A stretch of 64,000 bases of DNA from Candidatus Sumerlaeaceae bacterium (lineage in GTDB: Bacteria; Sumerlaeota; Sumerlaeia; Sumerlaeales; Sumerlaeaceae). The stretch covers positions 35,543-99,542 of the forward strand of contig JAIBAT010000150.1 of the NCBI GenBank assembly GCA_019695055.1. The letters run 5' to 3'. Both the position numbers and the translations under genes were made by a program. Within the stretch, counting starts at the first letter, position 1. The number at the start of each line of letters is the position of its first letter. A model generated the notes under the pieces. It saw only the letters and a list, made by a program, of their open reading frames with translations, searched no databases and had not been told where the DNA came from. Shown here in pieces: positions 1 through 10,543 of the stretch.

Positions 1-190
1 AGGGGCAAATTCCCGGCAAACCGAAATTGACAGCAGGCGCTCCGAGGCTATAGACCTTTGTGTACGTCAGCCCGTTCCGGGCTGCGGTTGGTTGGGCATG
101 GTTTTTTCCCCTGCGGGACTTGCTGGAGGGATTCTGTTTGCCGGGACCGCAGGGTGCACGTCGTCCATTTTCGGCTTTGAAGGGGAAGTC

Positions 191-2992
191 ATGCAACTGA
201 CTTGCAACAAGTGCGGCCATTCGTGGAAGGAAGACCCGAATGCCAGCGCAGCGATGATCCAATGCCCGGAATGCTTTGCCGTGGTGCCGTTGGTACTGGC
301 CAACAAAGGAGGCGCCGCCCCGGCGCCAAAGCCAGCCCCGGCCCCGGCTCCCCCCCCAAAGCCCGACATTCACGAACAGAGAACCCGCATCGACTCCATC
401 AACCAGCAGTCCACCATCATGGAGTCCCGAGGGAAGAATCCTGAGGATACGGATGGCTTCTCGCAAACCGTGGCACCCGGAGTGCCCTCGCAGGGACCGG
501 TGTCCCAGCCGCCACCCCGGCGCACGCCGGCGAGACCACCCCGGGAAGAATCGAACGTGGGACACGACACGCCGACTGTGCTGCCGGGGTCGTACTCGAG
601 TGCACCGACCGATCCCTATGGCCAGACCATGACGCCGCCGCCTTCAACCGGGCCAGCAACAAGAACGTCGGCCCCGCGGCGATCGGAAACCACTGGTTTT
701 GAAGACACCGTCCACACAAACGCGCCCACAGCCGCCGACCAGCCCCGCCCGCGATCCGGCAGCGCCTCCACGAAATCCTTTTCGGCCTCCATGGCCAAGG
801 ACGTTGATCTGACCGGACAAACCATTGGCGGTTATGAGATTAAAAAGATGTTGGGCGCCGGCGGCATGGGCGCCGTGGCGTTGGCGCGACAGATTTCCCT
901 CGACCGCGATGTGGCGCTGAAAATTCTGCCTGGCGCCCTTGCCTCAAATCCTGAGTTCCTCGCGCGATTTACCCGTGAGGCGCTCAGCGCGGCCCAGATG
1001 ACCCACCACAACATCATACAGGTTTACGACGTGGGGAGCGATGGCGACGTTCACTACATCAGCATGGAGTTTGTGCGCGGCGACAACCTGGGCAACATGG
1101 TGCGCAAGGAAGGGCGACTGACCGCCGACGATGCGGCAGGCTATGTCCTCCAGGCAGCCCGCGGGCTGAAGTACGCCCACGAACGCGGCATCATCCATCG
1201 TGACATCAAGCCCGACAACCTGATGGTGAACGAACACGGCATCGTGAAGATCGCCGACATGGGGCTGGCGAAAATGCGCGGTGAGGCCGAGGCGCAGCGC
1301 ACCCGCACCGCGGACGACATGAACATCCTGAACAAGGCCCGCGGCGACCTGACGATGCATAACGTGGCCATGGGCACGCCCGCCTATATGCCGCCCGAGC
1401 AGGGACGCGACGCAACAAGCGTGGACCATCGCGCGGATCAGTACTCGCTGGGCTGCACCCTTTATTATCTCATCGCCGGGCAGCCCCCTTTCAGCGGCAG
1501 CACCGCCTTCGAGATCATGAGCAAGCACATGAGCGAGCCCATCCCGCCCATTGATGCGACCGTGGGGAATGTGCCCGAGGCCTTTGGCGAAATCATCACG
1601 CGAATGACGGCCAAGGATGCGGACGACCGCTACCCCACCATGGCCGAAATGATCTCCGACCTCGAGGCGGCGCTTGGCGTGGAGAGCGAGAAGGGGGCCT
1701 ACAGGCCCCGCGAGCATCACATGAAGGCCCTGGAAAAGGAGCAGAAGAATTACTACGCCGCCCCTGCGCAGAAGCTGCGGCAGATGGCACAGCTCGGGTT
1801 CTTTGGCATTACGGCACTCCTATTCTTTGTCTGCCTCTTTTCCGGAGCCTACTTTGCCATGGCCGGAATGTTGGGCCTGTTGGTCCTGACTCCCATCGCA
1901 AACTTCGTGATCGACGGGATTCGGCGGAAGACCTACCACTTCCGCCGTGTCCGGAGTGTCTTCTTTGGCATGACCATCCAGGGATGGGCCATCACCATTG
2001 GCTCCATCCTGCTCGGGCTGGCCACACTTTATGTGCTCAATCTCCTTATCCCGTGGCTTGTTTTTGCCGTGCTTGCCGTGGGGCTCGCCATCGGATATCA
2101 GGTCGCCGTGGTAGGCAAGCTCGCCGCCCAGCGCGCACCGGCGCTCGAAGGCACCCAGGAAATGCTGAAGCAACTTCGCGTTCGCGGCGTGGCCGAGGAT
2201 CAGATCCACGACTTCGTCTGCCGGTTCAGCGGCCAGCATTGGGAGGAATTCTTCGAGAACCTATTCGGCTACGAGGACATGATCCTTGCCCGCAACAAGT
2301 GGGCCGCGGCCAACAAGGTGAAGCCACGCAAGAAATTCGCAACGTGGCGCGACCCGCTGGCCCGCTGGCTGGACGGCATCGAGGAGGCCCGCAAATCCGC
2401 CCGGGAACGCAAACAGATGGCAAAAGTGGAAGCTCAGCGCCTGAAGGCGCAGGGCCTCGACGAGAAGGAAGCCCAGAAGAAAGCCGAGGAAGCCGCGACC
2501 CAGATTCTCACCGACATCAAGGTTTCGGCGACGCTGGCGGGCGAGACCAAGGCGGCCAAACCCAAGAAGGTTCGCGAGCCTGGCGAGAAGCCGTTTTACG
2601 CGCTGGTGTTTCAACTCGTTCGTTTCGTCCTTGGCGGGGCCATTGTGGCCTACGTGACCGTAAGAGGTTTTGGGGCCATGCTTCCGGCATCTGCGCAATC
2701 CGTGACCAAGGCCATCGAGGGGCTGCCGGTGCCGCAAGCCGTCGCCGGCCAGATTTCCAATTACTATGGATTGGCTTTGGGCCTGGTTCTCTTGATCTCC
2801 GCGTTTTCGTCGCGACTTGTTGCTCCGCTTTTGGTTACGGTCGGCACACTGGGTTTCGCAGCCATGCCCTATCTCACCAAATTGCTGCCCCTACCTCTTC
2901 CCGTTGCCCAGATGAACTTCGTAATGCTGGGTCTGGCGGCCGTGGGCATTGGTATTTCAGCATTCATGAAGTTCAGCGGAAATAAGTTCTAA
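191..2992 (+). CDS. Eukaryotic-like Ser/Thr protein kinase with an N-terminal CxxC...CxxC zinc-ribbon, a Pro-rich linker, a central kinase domain and a C-terminal polytopic membrane domain
   Basis: Kinase motifs are seen directly: HRDIKPDNLMV (catalytic loop), DMGLAK (DFG-like) and GTPAYMPPE (APE). The N-terminus has CNKCGHSW...CPECFAV. The C-terminal roughly 350 aa contain several long hydrophobic stretches. The ORF table starts at 92, but the ATG at 191 (MQLTCNKCG) follows a GAAGGGGAAG Shine-Dalgarno-like site. Confidence 0.8.
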   Translation: MQLTCNKCGHSWKEDPNASAAMIQCPECFAVVPLVLANKGGAAPAPKPAPAPAPPPKPDIHEQRTRIDSINQQSTIMESRGKNPEDTDGFSQTVAPGVPSQGPVSQPPPRRTPARPPREESNVGHDTPTVLPGSYSSAPTDPYGQTMTPPPSTGPATRTSAPRRSETTGFEDTVHTNAPTAADQPRPRSGSASTKSFSASMAKDVDLTGQTIGGYEIKKMLGAGGMGAVALARQISLDRDVALKILPGALASNPEFLARFTREALSAAQMTHHNIIQVYDVGSDGDVHYISMEFVRGDNLGNMVRKEGRLTADDAAGYVLQAARGLKYAHERGIIHRDIKPDNLMVNEHGIVKIADMGLAKMRGEAEAQRTRTADDMNILNKARGDLTMHNVAMGTPAYMPPEQGRDATSVDHRADQYSLGCTLYYLIAGQPPFSGSTAFEIMSKHMSEPIPPIDATVGNVPEAFGEIITRMTAKDADDRYPTMAEMISDLEAALGVESEKGAYRPREHHMKALEKEQKNYYAAPAQKLRQMAQLGFFGITALLFFVCLFSGAYFAMAGMLGLLVLTPIANFVIDGIRRKTYHFRRVRSVFFGMTIQGWAITIGSILLGLATLYVLNLLIPWLVFAVLAVGLAIGYQVAVVGKLAAQRAPALEGTQEMLKQLRVRGVAEDQIHDFVCRFSGQHWEEFFENLFGYEDMILARNKWAAANKVKPRKKFATWRDPLARWLDGIEEARKSARERKQMAKVEAQRLKAQGLDEKEAQKKAEEAATQILTDIKVSATLAGETKAAKPKKVREPGEKPFYALVFQLVRFVLGGAIVAYVTVRGFGAMLPASAQSVTKAIEGLPVPQAVAGQISNYYGLALGLVLLISAFSSRLVAPLLVTVGTLGFAAMPYLTKLLPLPLPVAQMNFVMLGLAAVGIGISAFMKFSGNKF

Positions 2993-3073
2993 AGGCACCC
3001 TTCCTTACCGTTTGACGGATGGATATCACAGCGGTGAATCGGAGTTACGCTTTGATACCCAAAGGAGAAGCCA

Positions 3074-3979
3074 ATGCCCGTCCGTGAATTGACCGAAGCT
3101 GATCTGCCCGCCATCACGCGTGTCGCCCACCTTGGGCTGGAATTTGACGAGATTAACAAATCCCTGATTCGGGAGAAAACCGTCGACGCGAAGGACTACG
3201 ATCCCAACCTGGGGCTGCTGTGGGAGGAAGCCGGGGAGGTTGCTGCGTTCGCCCAGGGTGCGGTTGGTGTCAAAAAGGATGGCAGCCAGCCGGGCTATGT
3301 GCGCATCATGGCAGTGCATCCAGCTTTTCGGAATCGCGGGATTGGCACCAGCTTGCTCAAGGAAATGGAAGCCCGGTTGAAAGGGAAGGGCTGTACCGCC
3401 GTTTCCATTATGGACTCGCCAAACAACTATTTTATGCCGGGTGTGGACTTTCGCTACACGGAGGCCTTTTGCTTTCTCCAGAAGCACGGCTACGAAATGT
3501 TTCGCGAGAATCACAACCTCATCTGCGACCTGGATCTCAATGACTGGCCGGATCTGGATTCCCAAATTGCCGAACTGGCAAAGGAGGGCGTGGAACTGCG
3601 CCGTGCCGTGACGGCCGACGGCCCGGAAGTCCATGATTTTCTCGAAGCCCACTGGCCTGGCTGGCACGCCGAGGTTCAGGGGGCGTTGGACAATGATCCC
3701 CCGACACTCTACATCGGGCGCCACGAAGGACGCGTCATCGCATTTTCCGGATACCAGGGCAACAATAAGTCGCTGTCGTGGTTCGGTCCCATGGGCACCC
3801 TGCCTGTCCTGCGCGGCAAAGGGATCGGTGGGATTCTCCTGCGCCTATGCCTGCGGGATCTGGCCAGACAGGGTTACCGCAAGGCGATCATTCCATGGGT
3901 GGGACCGGTTCGGTTCTATGCGCGCTACAGCAATGCGCGGCTGGATCGGTGCTTCTGGGCGTATCGAAAGAACCTATAA
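3074..3979 (+). CDS. Two-domain GNAT family N-acetyltransferase
   Basis: Two acetyl-CoA-binding motifs are present: RNRGIGTSLL and RGKGIGGILL. The size and tandem-GNAT layout resemble MshD-like enzymes. Confidence 0.65.
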   Translation: MPVRELTEADLPAITRVAHLGLEFDEINKSLIREKTVDAKDYDPNLGLLWEEAGEVAAFAQGAVGVKKDGSQPGYVRIMAVHPAFRNRGIGTSLLKEMEARLKGKGCTAVSIMDSPNNYFMPGVDFRYTEAFCFLQKHGYEMFRENHNLICDLDLNDWPDLDSQIAELAKEGVELRRAVTADGPEVHDFLEAHWPGWHAEVQGALDNDPPTLYIGRHEGRVIAFSGYQGNNKSLSWFGPMGTLPVLRGKGIGGILLRLCLRDLARQGYRKAIIPWVGPVRFYARYSNARLDRCFWAYRKNL

Positions 3980-4044
3980 GGTTGTTGGAGCGGAGTTAAG
4001 GGCCGAAAAGGGCGCTTGATTCTTAAACGCAAATTTGGCGTATT

Positions 4045-5244
4045 GTGATAATGGGATTTCGAGCAAGCCCAATGGCCGTAAGCTCTACTTGGACCACACC
4101 CATTCTCTGGATGGTAGCACTTTTGTTATCTGCCTGCTCGAAACCACCTGATCATATGGCTTCGTGCAGCAGCATCTGCTTTACCAGTGACACCAAACAC
4201 GTTATTGTTTCTGTCTCCAGAACAAAAAGCGACGGTGCGGGGCTGTACATGGCTGAGTGGCCCAGTGGACGGATAATTAGAAATAGCCGCGGATTGGAGT
4301 TGGGGTGGCCAACAATTACAATCAATTCGGCTCACAACGAGGCAATCGTCACATCTGATGGCAGCGGATTCACTTATGCAGTTAATCTGACGACCTGGAT
4401 AGCAACCCGCCAGCAGATCTTGAACTCTAAGGACACACAATGCGTCTTCGCAGCCGCAGCAAATGGGACTTTTTTTGCAGCTGAAGCCGAAAGCACAACA
4501 GACTCTACCCCAATCCTTCACGCGTTTAGCCGATCAGGGGACCAAGAATGGCAAATGACTTTCTCAAAAGGCAGCTGGCCAGACTGCCTGACAGTCGACG
4601 CCGGTGCAAATCAACTTTTCTTGGGCTTGAGCAACGTTTCTGAGCAAGCTGATGCCCAAACCAACCTGCAACCTGACCGACCCCGTATCCTGACGGTCAT
4701 ACCGCAAACCCGTGCGATCTCGCATATTTATGAACTCACATCATCCCCGAGCTGCATTTGCTACTCGCCTGGTGGAGACCGGTTGGCATATGCAGTCCGC
4801 GATGATGTCAACTTAGCTTACGTGGCGTGGTTTACTGTCGATATAGCCACCAGTGCAACTAATGCTTTAGGTGAAAAACAACGATCCATAACAACAGCCG
4901 GTGACTTTTCCCCGGATGGTACATTGTTCGCCCACAACACAATATTTGGGGTTTCGGTCCATGGCATCAACTCCTCGGCAACATTTACGTCACATAGCGT
5001 GGAGTTGCCGTCCGGACTTTTGCCACGGACAATTAAGTTCGCGCCATCAGGCCAATTGCTTCTCGTTGGAGATAATCAAGGTAATATTTGGACTTGGGAC
5101 TACCGGGGGGACAATTCAAAGCCGCAGACTTGGATCAACACCGGTCGGCATCGCGATTCCGTATTCTCCCTGATTCTTCAGTCAAAGCCAAGTTCGTTCG
5201 AGGTGCTGTCGGGGAACCCTATGGATTTAAATGATAGTCCTTGA
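4045..5244 (+). CDS. Lipoprotein with beta-propeller (WD40/PD40-like) repeats; hypothetical
   Basis: The N-terminus has a hydrophobic segment followed by a lipobox-like LLSAC. Repeated SPDG/SPGGD...LAY...G...W motifs are present (SPGGDRLAYAV, SPDGTLFA, GDNQGNIWTWDY). GC content is noticeably lower than in the flanking genes. Confidence 0.45.
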   Translation: MIMGFRASPMAVSSTWTTPILWMVALLLSACSKPPDHMASCSSICFTSDTKHVIVSVSRTKSDGAGLYMAEWPSGRIIRNSRGLELGWPTITINSAHNEAIVTSDGSGFTYAVNLTTWIATRQQILNSKDTQCVFAAAANGTFFAAEAESTTDSTPILHAFSRSGDQEWQMTFSKGSWPDCLTVDAGANQLFLGLSNVSEQADAQTNLQPDRPRILTVIPQTRAISHIYELTSSPSCICYSPGGDRLAYAVRDDVNLAYVAWFTVDIATSATNALGEKQRSITTAGDFSPDGTLFAHNTIFGVSVHGINSSATFTSHSVELPSGLLPRTIKFAPSGQLLLVGDNQGNIWTWDYRGDNSKPQTWINTGRHRDSVFSLILQSKPSSFEVLSGNPMDLNDSP

Positions 5245-5477
5245 TGATTGCATGCTTTCTAACTTGATCATCGGCAAACCCACTAAGAGGTTTCCCCTTG
5301 GGTTAGTCGGCCTAATTCTACCCTCACGATAGCGGGGCGCATCTTGATCCGTGGATTTGGGCATATCAAAAGTAACTTCAACCGGGCAATGCCCAGTGGA
5401 ATCCATCCCGAAATTTGGCAGAGTCGTCTCGGCTCTGTTTCAGCGGTCGGACGCCGCTGCCACTCTCGGGTCAGAAC

Positions 5478-6992
5478 TCAAATCCCGTAAAGCTCCCCCG
5501 TCTTCTTTCGCAAATAATCCAGTAACGCATCCGCCGACAACTCCTGCCCCGTGGCCCGACGCGCAAGTTCCCGCGGCGTGTAGCGTTTGCCGTGGCGATG
5601 AATCTTCCCACGCAGCCAGCCCAACAGCGGTGCAAAACTCCCCGATGCAATCTGTCCATCGAGGTCCCCAAGGTCGCGGCGCGCTGCTTCGAAAAGCTGC
5701 GCTGCGTAGAGATTGCCCAGGGTATAAGTCGGGAAATAACCAAACGACCCACCGCTCCAATGCACATCCTGCAGGCAGCCACGGGCATGGTCCGGTGGGG
5801 TGATCCCCAGGTATTTCCGAACCTTTTCGTTCCAGGCATCGGGAACATCCGCCGGCGTCAAATCTCCTGACAACAAGGCTTCCTCCAGCTCGAACCTTAG
5901 CAACACGTGAAGATTGTAAGTCACTTCGTCGGATTCCGTCCGGATAAACGACGGCCGTACGTCGTTGATGGCAAAATACCAGTCGTCGTCGCTCACGCCA
6001 TCGAGGGTGGAACCAAGAACCTCGCGGGTCCGAGGAAGAAAGAACTTCCAGAACGCGCGACTGCGCCCGACGAGGTTCTCCCACATGCGGGACTGCGATT
6101 CATGGATGCCCAGGGATACGGCTTCACCCACGGGCAGACCAAAGGCATCCTTGTTCAATCCCTGATCATAAAGCGCGTGGCCGGTTTCGTGGAGCACCCC
6201 GAAGAAGGCATCGCCGAAATAGCTCTCATCGTATCGCGTAGTGATCCGGGTATCACCCGGGACAAGTCCCGTACAGAATGGATGCACGCTGACGTCCAGG
6301 CGCCCCGCATTGAAATCAAATCCGACCCTGGCCGCGGCTTCGCGCGCAAGCTGTTCCTGCTTTGCCGCGGGGTAATGGCGCTCCAAAATCTCAACCGGTG
6401 CCTTGCGCCCCGAGTCCATGATTTTCCCCACCAGCTCAACCAACGAACCGCGAAGCGATTCAAAAACGGCGCGCACGCCATCCGCAGTTTCGTTGGGTTC
6501 ATATTCATCCAGCAGCGCATCGTAACGATTGCCCTTGTGTCCGACCAGATCGGCTTCCTCGCGCTTGAGGACGATGATCTTTTCCAGCCACGGCTGAAAC
6601 GCTGCGAAATCGGATGTCTTTCGCGCCTCCACCCATGCATGGTGCGCCAGCGACGTAACACGGGACAATTCCTCCACAAAAGCCGACGGCAGACGCGTGG
6701 CGCGATCGTAGCTTCGCCGGGTTTCACGCGTGTTTGCAGCGGCGTCGCTCTCCGGATCCTTGATGAGCGTCGATCCCTCAACGGCGGCCAACAGCTCGCC
6801 GATCCGCGGCGCCGTGAACTGCTCGTGCACCATCCGCGCCAGCAGCGAGACCTGCTCGGCGCGGTATTCCGCGCCCGCTGGTGGCATATAGGTTTGCTCA
6901 TCCCAATGGAGGACGGATGCCGTCGAGCCCAGCAGGGATATCTCGCGTAGCGATTTCTTAAGTTCTTCGTAGGAGGTTTCGGGAGTCGTCAT
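5478..6992 (-). CDS. M32 family carboxypeptidase (carboxypeptidase Taq-like zinc metallopeptidase)
   Basis: All hallmark M32 motifs are present: [39 protein letters not shown] (HExxH) and [19 protein letters not shown]. Confidence 0.85.
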   Translation of the reverse strand: MTTPETSYEELKKSLREISLLGSTASVLHWDEQTYMPPAGAEYRAEQVSLLARMVHEQFTAPRIGELLAAVEGSTLIKDPESDAAANTRETRRSYDRATRLPSAFVEELSRVTSLAHHAWVEARKTSDFAAFQPWLEKIIVLKREEADLVGHKGNRYDALLDEYEPNETADGVRAVFESLRGSLVELVGKIMDSGRKAPVEILERHYPAAKQEQLAREAAARVGFDFNAGRLDVSVHPFCTGLVPGDTRITTRYDESYFGDAFFGVLHETGHALYDQGLNKDAFGLPVGEAVSLGIHESQSRMWENLVGRSRAFWKFFLPRTREVLGSTLDGVSDDDWYFAINDVRPSFIRTESDEVTYNLHVLLRFELEEALLSGDLTPADVPDAWNEKVRKYLGITPPDHARGCLQDVHWSGGSFGYFPTYTLGNLYAAQLFEAARRDLGDLDGQIASGSFAPLLGWLRGKIHRHGKRYTPRELARRATGQELSADALLDYLRKKTGELYGI

Positions 6993-7069
6993 GGGGAGGA
7001 ATTACGCAGCCCGGCCAACCCTCTTCACCGGCCATTGACACGGTCACATTTGCAAAGCGGATTGGGGGC

Positions 7070-7906
7070 ATGAACAGTAATCCTAAAGTGAAAAAAGTGG
7101 ATGTAGGCGGTGTGGCCATCGGAGGCGATGCGCCGCTGGCACTCATTGCTGGGCCATGCGTCATTGAAAGCCGTGACCACGCGCTGAAGCTGGGCGCGGA
7201 CATCCAAAAGATCGCCGCCGCCGCGGGCATCCCGTATGTTTTCAAGGCGAGCTACGACAAAGCCAATCGCAGTTCGGTGAAGTCGTACCGAGGTCCCGGT
7301 CTGGAAAAGGGGCTCAAAATCCTTGCCGAGATCCGAAAGGAACTGGGAGTTCCCGTCCTGACCGACATACATTCCGAGGAACAGGTTACACCGGTTGCCG
7401 AGGTCGTGGATATACTTCAGATTCCCGCGTTCCTCTGCCGCCAGACTGACATCCTCGTGGCGGCCGCAAAAACCGGAAAAGTCGTAAACGTGAAAAAGGG
7501 CCAATTCATGGCACCGTGGGACATGAAGAACGTCTGCGAAAAGGTCTCCTTGGCGGGAAACGAAAAGATCCTTCTGACGGAACGCGGCGCGTCCTTCGGC
7601 TATAACAACCTCGTCAGCGACATGCGCTCCCTCGTCGTGATGCGCGGGTTCGGCTACCCGGTAATTTTCGACGCGACCCACTCGGTGCAGTTGCCCGGCG
7701 GGCTGGGCAATGCGACGGGCGGCCAGCGCGAATTCATCGAACCTTTGAGCCGTGCCGCGGCAGCAACCGGCATCGACGCCCTCTTCGTGGAAACGCACAA
7801 CGATCCGGACCACGCCCTGAGCGACGGCCCCAACGCCTTGCCCCTGGACAGGCTTGCGGAGTTCCTTCAGACGGTCAAGCGCATCTCCGAAGCCGCCCGC
7901 CAATAG
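7070..7906 (+). CDS. kdsA: 3-deoxy-8-phosphooctulonate (KDO-8-P) synthase
   Basis: 278 aa. [12 protein letters not shown]...[11 protein letters not shown]...GLEKGLKIL is typical of KdsA, and the size fits. Confidence 0.85.
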   Translation: MNSNPKVKKVDVGGVAIGGDAPLALIAGPCVIESRDHALKLGADIQKIAAAAGIPYVFKASYDKANRSSVKSYRGPGLEKGLKILAEIRKELGVPVLTDIHSEEQVTPVAEVVDILQIPAFLCRQTDILVAAAKTGKVVNVKKGQFMAPWDMKNVCEKVSLAGNEKILLTERGASFGYNNLVSDMRSLVVMRGFGYPVIFDATHSVQLPGGLGNATGGQREFIEPLSRAAAATGIDALFVETHNDPDHALSDGPNALPLDRLAEFLQTVKRISEAARQ

Positions 7907-7971
7907 CGTCTTGCCAGCCTGTGAATATTGCGCTTGTCCCCATATATGTAACCTTGGTTAATAGTTTCTCA

Positions 7972-8433
7972 ATGACAACAGCCACAGCCAAAACCTCAGA
8001 AACTGTGCACGAGGCAATCGCCGCGTTGCAGCGGCTCGCCGAGGCGTTTTTCCACCGCCGTGAGCAATTGGCCCGCGACGTGGGATTGTCCGTCGAGCAG
8101 TGGCGCGTGCTTGAGGAAATCAGCGACGAGCATTTCATGCCGAGCATGTTTGCGCGCGAACGCCGGACCTCGGCGGCGGCGGTTTCCAAGGTCATCCGGC
8201 AACTCATCGAGAAGGGCCTGGTTGTTGTCGGTGTATCAGAAACCGACGGCCGCCAGCGCGATTATACCCTGACCATCGAGGGTCGCCGCGCCATGGCCAG
8301 GCTACGCACTGCGCGTCAGGAGGCCATCGCGGAGGTTTGGGGCGGCTTGAAATCTCCTGAATTGGTGCAGTTTGCCAAATTGAGCGCAAGTATAGCAGAC
8401 CGCATGGAAGCCTACGCGGACAAATCGGACTGA
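7972..8433 (+). CDS. MarR-family winged-helix transcriptional regulator
   Basis: A wHTH pattern is present: VEQWRVLEEI...RTSAAAVSKVIRQLIEKGLVVVGVSETDGRQRDYTLTIEGR. The likely start is MTTATAK (ATG at 7972) within the longer ORF. Confidence 0.6.
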   Translation: MTTATAKTSETVHEAIAALQRLAEAFFHRREQLARDVGLSVEQWRVLEEISDEHFMPSMFARERRTSAAAVSKVIRQLIEKGLVVVGVSETDGRQRDYTLTIEGRRAMARLRTARQEAIAEVWGGLKSPELVQFAKLSASIADRMEAYADKSD

Positions 8434-8439
8434 CATGGA

Positions 8440-8730
8440 ATGGAATTTCACTATTACATCGACCCGGCAGCTCAGGTGCCGCACATTCACCTTCATGATG
8501 TTTGTGAAGAGGAGGTGGAGGAGGTTTTCCTTTGCACCCTGGATCGCTATAGTGATGACCGGCCCGGTATCGAAGGCGTCAGAATTCGCTTTGGACAAAC
8601 CGAATCTGGACGCCACTTGAAGATTATTTACAAGAGAGATCCCGATCGGGACCATTTGTTTGTCATTACAGCATATGAGATGCGCGGAAAGACCCTCGCG
8701 GCTTTCAGGCGCAGAAAGAACCGCAAATAG
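8440..8730 (+). CDS. BrnT-like (DUF497/RelE-fold) type II toxin
   Basis: 96 aa. The pattern HDVCEEEVEEVF...RIRFGQTESGRHLKIIYKRD...LFVITAYEM matches the BrnT architecture (HGVsfEEa..VF ... R.ISAR). GC is lower than flanking genes. An antitoxin-sized ORF follows 2 bp downstream. Confidence 0.5.
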   Translation: MEFHYYIDPAAQVPHIHLHDVCEEEVEEVFLCTLDRYSDDRPGIEGVRIRFGQTESGRHLKIIYKRDPDRDHLFVITAYEMRGKTLAAFRRRKNRK

Positions 8731-8732
8731 CC

Positions 8733-9071
8733 ATGAAACGAAAACTCACTAAACACCCGAAGCTACCCAAGGGCCTGACGGAAACACAAATCGGGCGAAT
8801 CATTCATTACTATAATTCCCAACTAGACGCCGAGGGTGCCGCCGAGGATGAAGCCGTCTTTGCCAACGCCACCACCATCATTGTAAACCGGCCGCCAGCG
8901 GCGAACAACAATCTTTCAAAGTTAAGTGAACGGCTCCGAAAGGCGGAACAAACAATTGCGGGGCTCAAGCAGGAAGTGAAACGGCTCACAGGCAGGAATC
9001 CCGGAACTCTCAAGACAAATACTAAAAGCAAACTGACAGGACTAACGGCAAGAGGAGGCCGCGCAAAGTAA
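8733..9071 (+). CDS. Putative BrnA-like antitoxin (partner of the upstream toxin)
   Basis: 112 aa and basic. It lies 2 bp after the toxin stop and the BrnT-first gene order is conserved. The C-terminal part is Lys-rich and coiled-coil-like. Confidence 0.4.
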   Translation: MKRKLTKHPKLPKGLTETQIGRIIHYYNSQLDAEGAAEDEAVFANATTIIVNRPPAANNNLSKLSERLRKAEQTIAGLKQEVKRLTGRNPGTLKTNTKSKLTGLTARGGRAK

Positions 9072-9073
9072 TC

Positions 9074-10498
9074 ATGGGAAAGAATCTTTACGAAAAGGTC
9101 TTTGAGCGCCACACGGTGCGCAAGCTGCCTTCGGGGCAGTATCAATTGCTGATGGGTCTGCACCTGATTCATGAGGTGACAAGCCCTCAGGCATTCTCCA
9201 TGATGCGCGAGCGCGGATGGAAGGTGATGTTTCCGCATCGCAGCTTTGCGACGGTGGACCACATCATCCCGACCCACAGCCAGGCGCGGCCGCTGAGCGA
9301 TCCGCTGGCCGAGGAAATGCTGGTTCACCTGGAAAACAACACGTCCGAGTTCGGGCTCACGTTCTTTGCTCCGACGGCCGGCGACCAGGGCATCGTCCAC
9401 ATTATCGGCCCCGAGCGCGGATTGACACAGCCGGGCATGACGATCTGCTGCGGCGATTCGCATACCGCTACCCACGGCGCGTTTGGTGCCCTTGCTTTCG
9501 GCATTGGCACAAGCCAGGTTCGTGATGTGCTGGCCACCCAGACGCTTTCCATGGGCAAGCTGAAGGTGCGCCGCATCGAGGTCAACGGCAGCCTGCGCCC
9601 CGGCGTTTACGCCAAGGATGTGGTGCTGTACATCATCCAGAAGCTCGGCGTGAAGGGCGGCGTCGGCTATGCTTACGAATACGCAGGTGAAGTCTTTGAC
9701 AACTTCACCATGGAAGAGCGCATGACCGTCTGCAACATGAGCATCGAGGGCGGCGCGCGCTGCGGTTATGTGAATCCCGATCAGACGACCTACGACTACA
9801 TCAAGGGCCGCGACTACGCGCCGGGTCCCGACAAATGGGACAAGGCCGTTGCGTATTGGGAAAGCATCAAGAGCGATCCCGATGCGAAATACGACGACGT
9901 GTTTGTCATCAACGGCGAGGACATCGAGCCGGTTGTCACCTGGGGCATCACGCCAGGGCAATCCACGAGCGTTGGCGGTCACATCCCGGCCAAATCGGAA
10001 TTTCCCGAGAGCGAGCATTCACTCATTGATGAGGCTTACGCCTACATGAGCTTCGAGCCGGGCCAGCCGATCAAGGGCACGAAGATTGACGTCGCGTTCC
10101 TTGGGTCCTGCACCAACGGGCGCATCTCGGATTTCGAGGAGGTCGTGGACATGATCAAGGACCGCGGCTTCAAGGTGGCATCGCATGTGCGGGCCATTGC
10201 CGTGCCGGGCAGCCAGCGCGTGAAGAACGAAATGCTGCGCCGCGGTTACGACAAGATTTTGAGCGAAGCGGGCTTCGAGTTCCGTGAGGCTGGTTGCAGC
10301 ATGTGCCTCGCCATGAATCCCGACAAGCTGAAGGGTCGCGAAATCTGCGCCTCCAGTTCCAACCGCAACTTCAAGGGCCGCCAAGGCTCGCCGACCGGCC
10401 GCACGCTGCTCATGAGCCCGGTCATGGTCGCCGCGGCGGCAATCGCCGGCGAGGTCGTCGACGCACGCGAGTTCTTTGGCATCGAAGCCACGGTCTAA
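9074..10498 (+). CDS. leuC: 3-isopropylmalate dehydratase large subunit
   Basis: 474 aa. It begins [13 protein letters not shown]. Aconitase-family Fe-S motifs are present: CCGDSHT and [10 protein letters not shown]...[11 protein letters not shown]. Confidence 0.9.
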   Translation: MGKNLYEKVFERHTVRKLPSGQYQLLMGLHLIHEVTSPQAFSMMRERGWKVMFPHRSFATVDHIIPTHSQARPLSDPLAEEMLVHLENNTSEFGLTFFAPTAGDQGIVHIIGPERGLTQPGMTICCGDSHTATHGAFGALAFGIGTSQVRDVLATQTLSMGKLKVRRIEVNGSLRPGVYAKDVVLYIIQKLGVKGGVGYAYEYAGEVFDNFTMEERMTVCNMSIEGGARCGYVNPDQTTYDYIKGRDYAPGPDKWDKAVAYWESIKSDPDAKYDDVFVINGEDIEPVVTWGITPGQSTSVGGHIPAKSEFPESEHSLIDEAYAYMSFEPGQPIKGTKIDVAFLGSCTNGRISDFEEVVDMIKDRGFKVASHVRAIAVPGSQRVKNEMLRRGYDKILSEAGFEFREAGCSMCLAMNPDKLKGREICASSSNRNFKGRQGSPTGRTLLMSPVMVAAAAIAGEVVDAREFFGIEATV

Positions 10499-10543
10499 AA
10501 AGCATCTCACCGCAGAGGGCGCAGAGAACGCAGAGGAAAAGAC

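Noticed and set aside
92-190. An N-terminal 33-codon extension of the first kinase ORF.
   Set aside because: The ATG at 191 has a better Shine-Dalgarno-like context and the zinc-ribbon motif begins right after it. The upstream 33 codons are Gly/Ala-rich and probably 5'UTR. This is not certain.
5430-5455. A hairpin CAGCGG-N7-CCGCTG downstream of the M32 carboxypeptidase gene.
   Set aside because: The stem is only 6 bp and there is no U-tract on the transcribed (minus) strand. It is too weak to call a terminator.
8810-10018. A 402-aa minus-strand ORF.
   Set aside because: It is antisense to leuC, whose identity is unambiguous.
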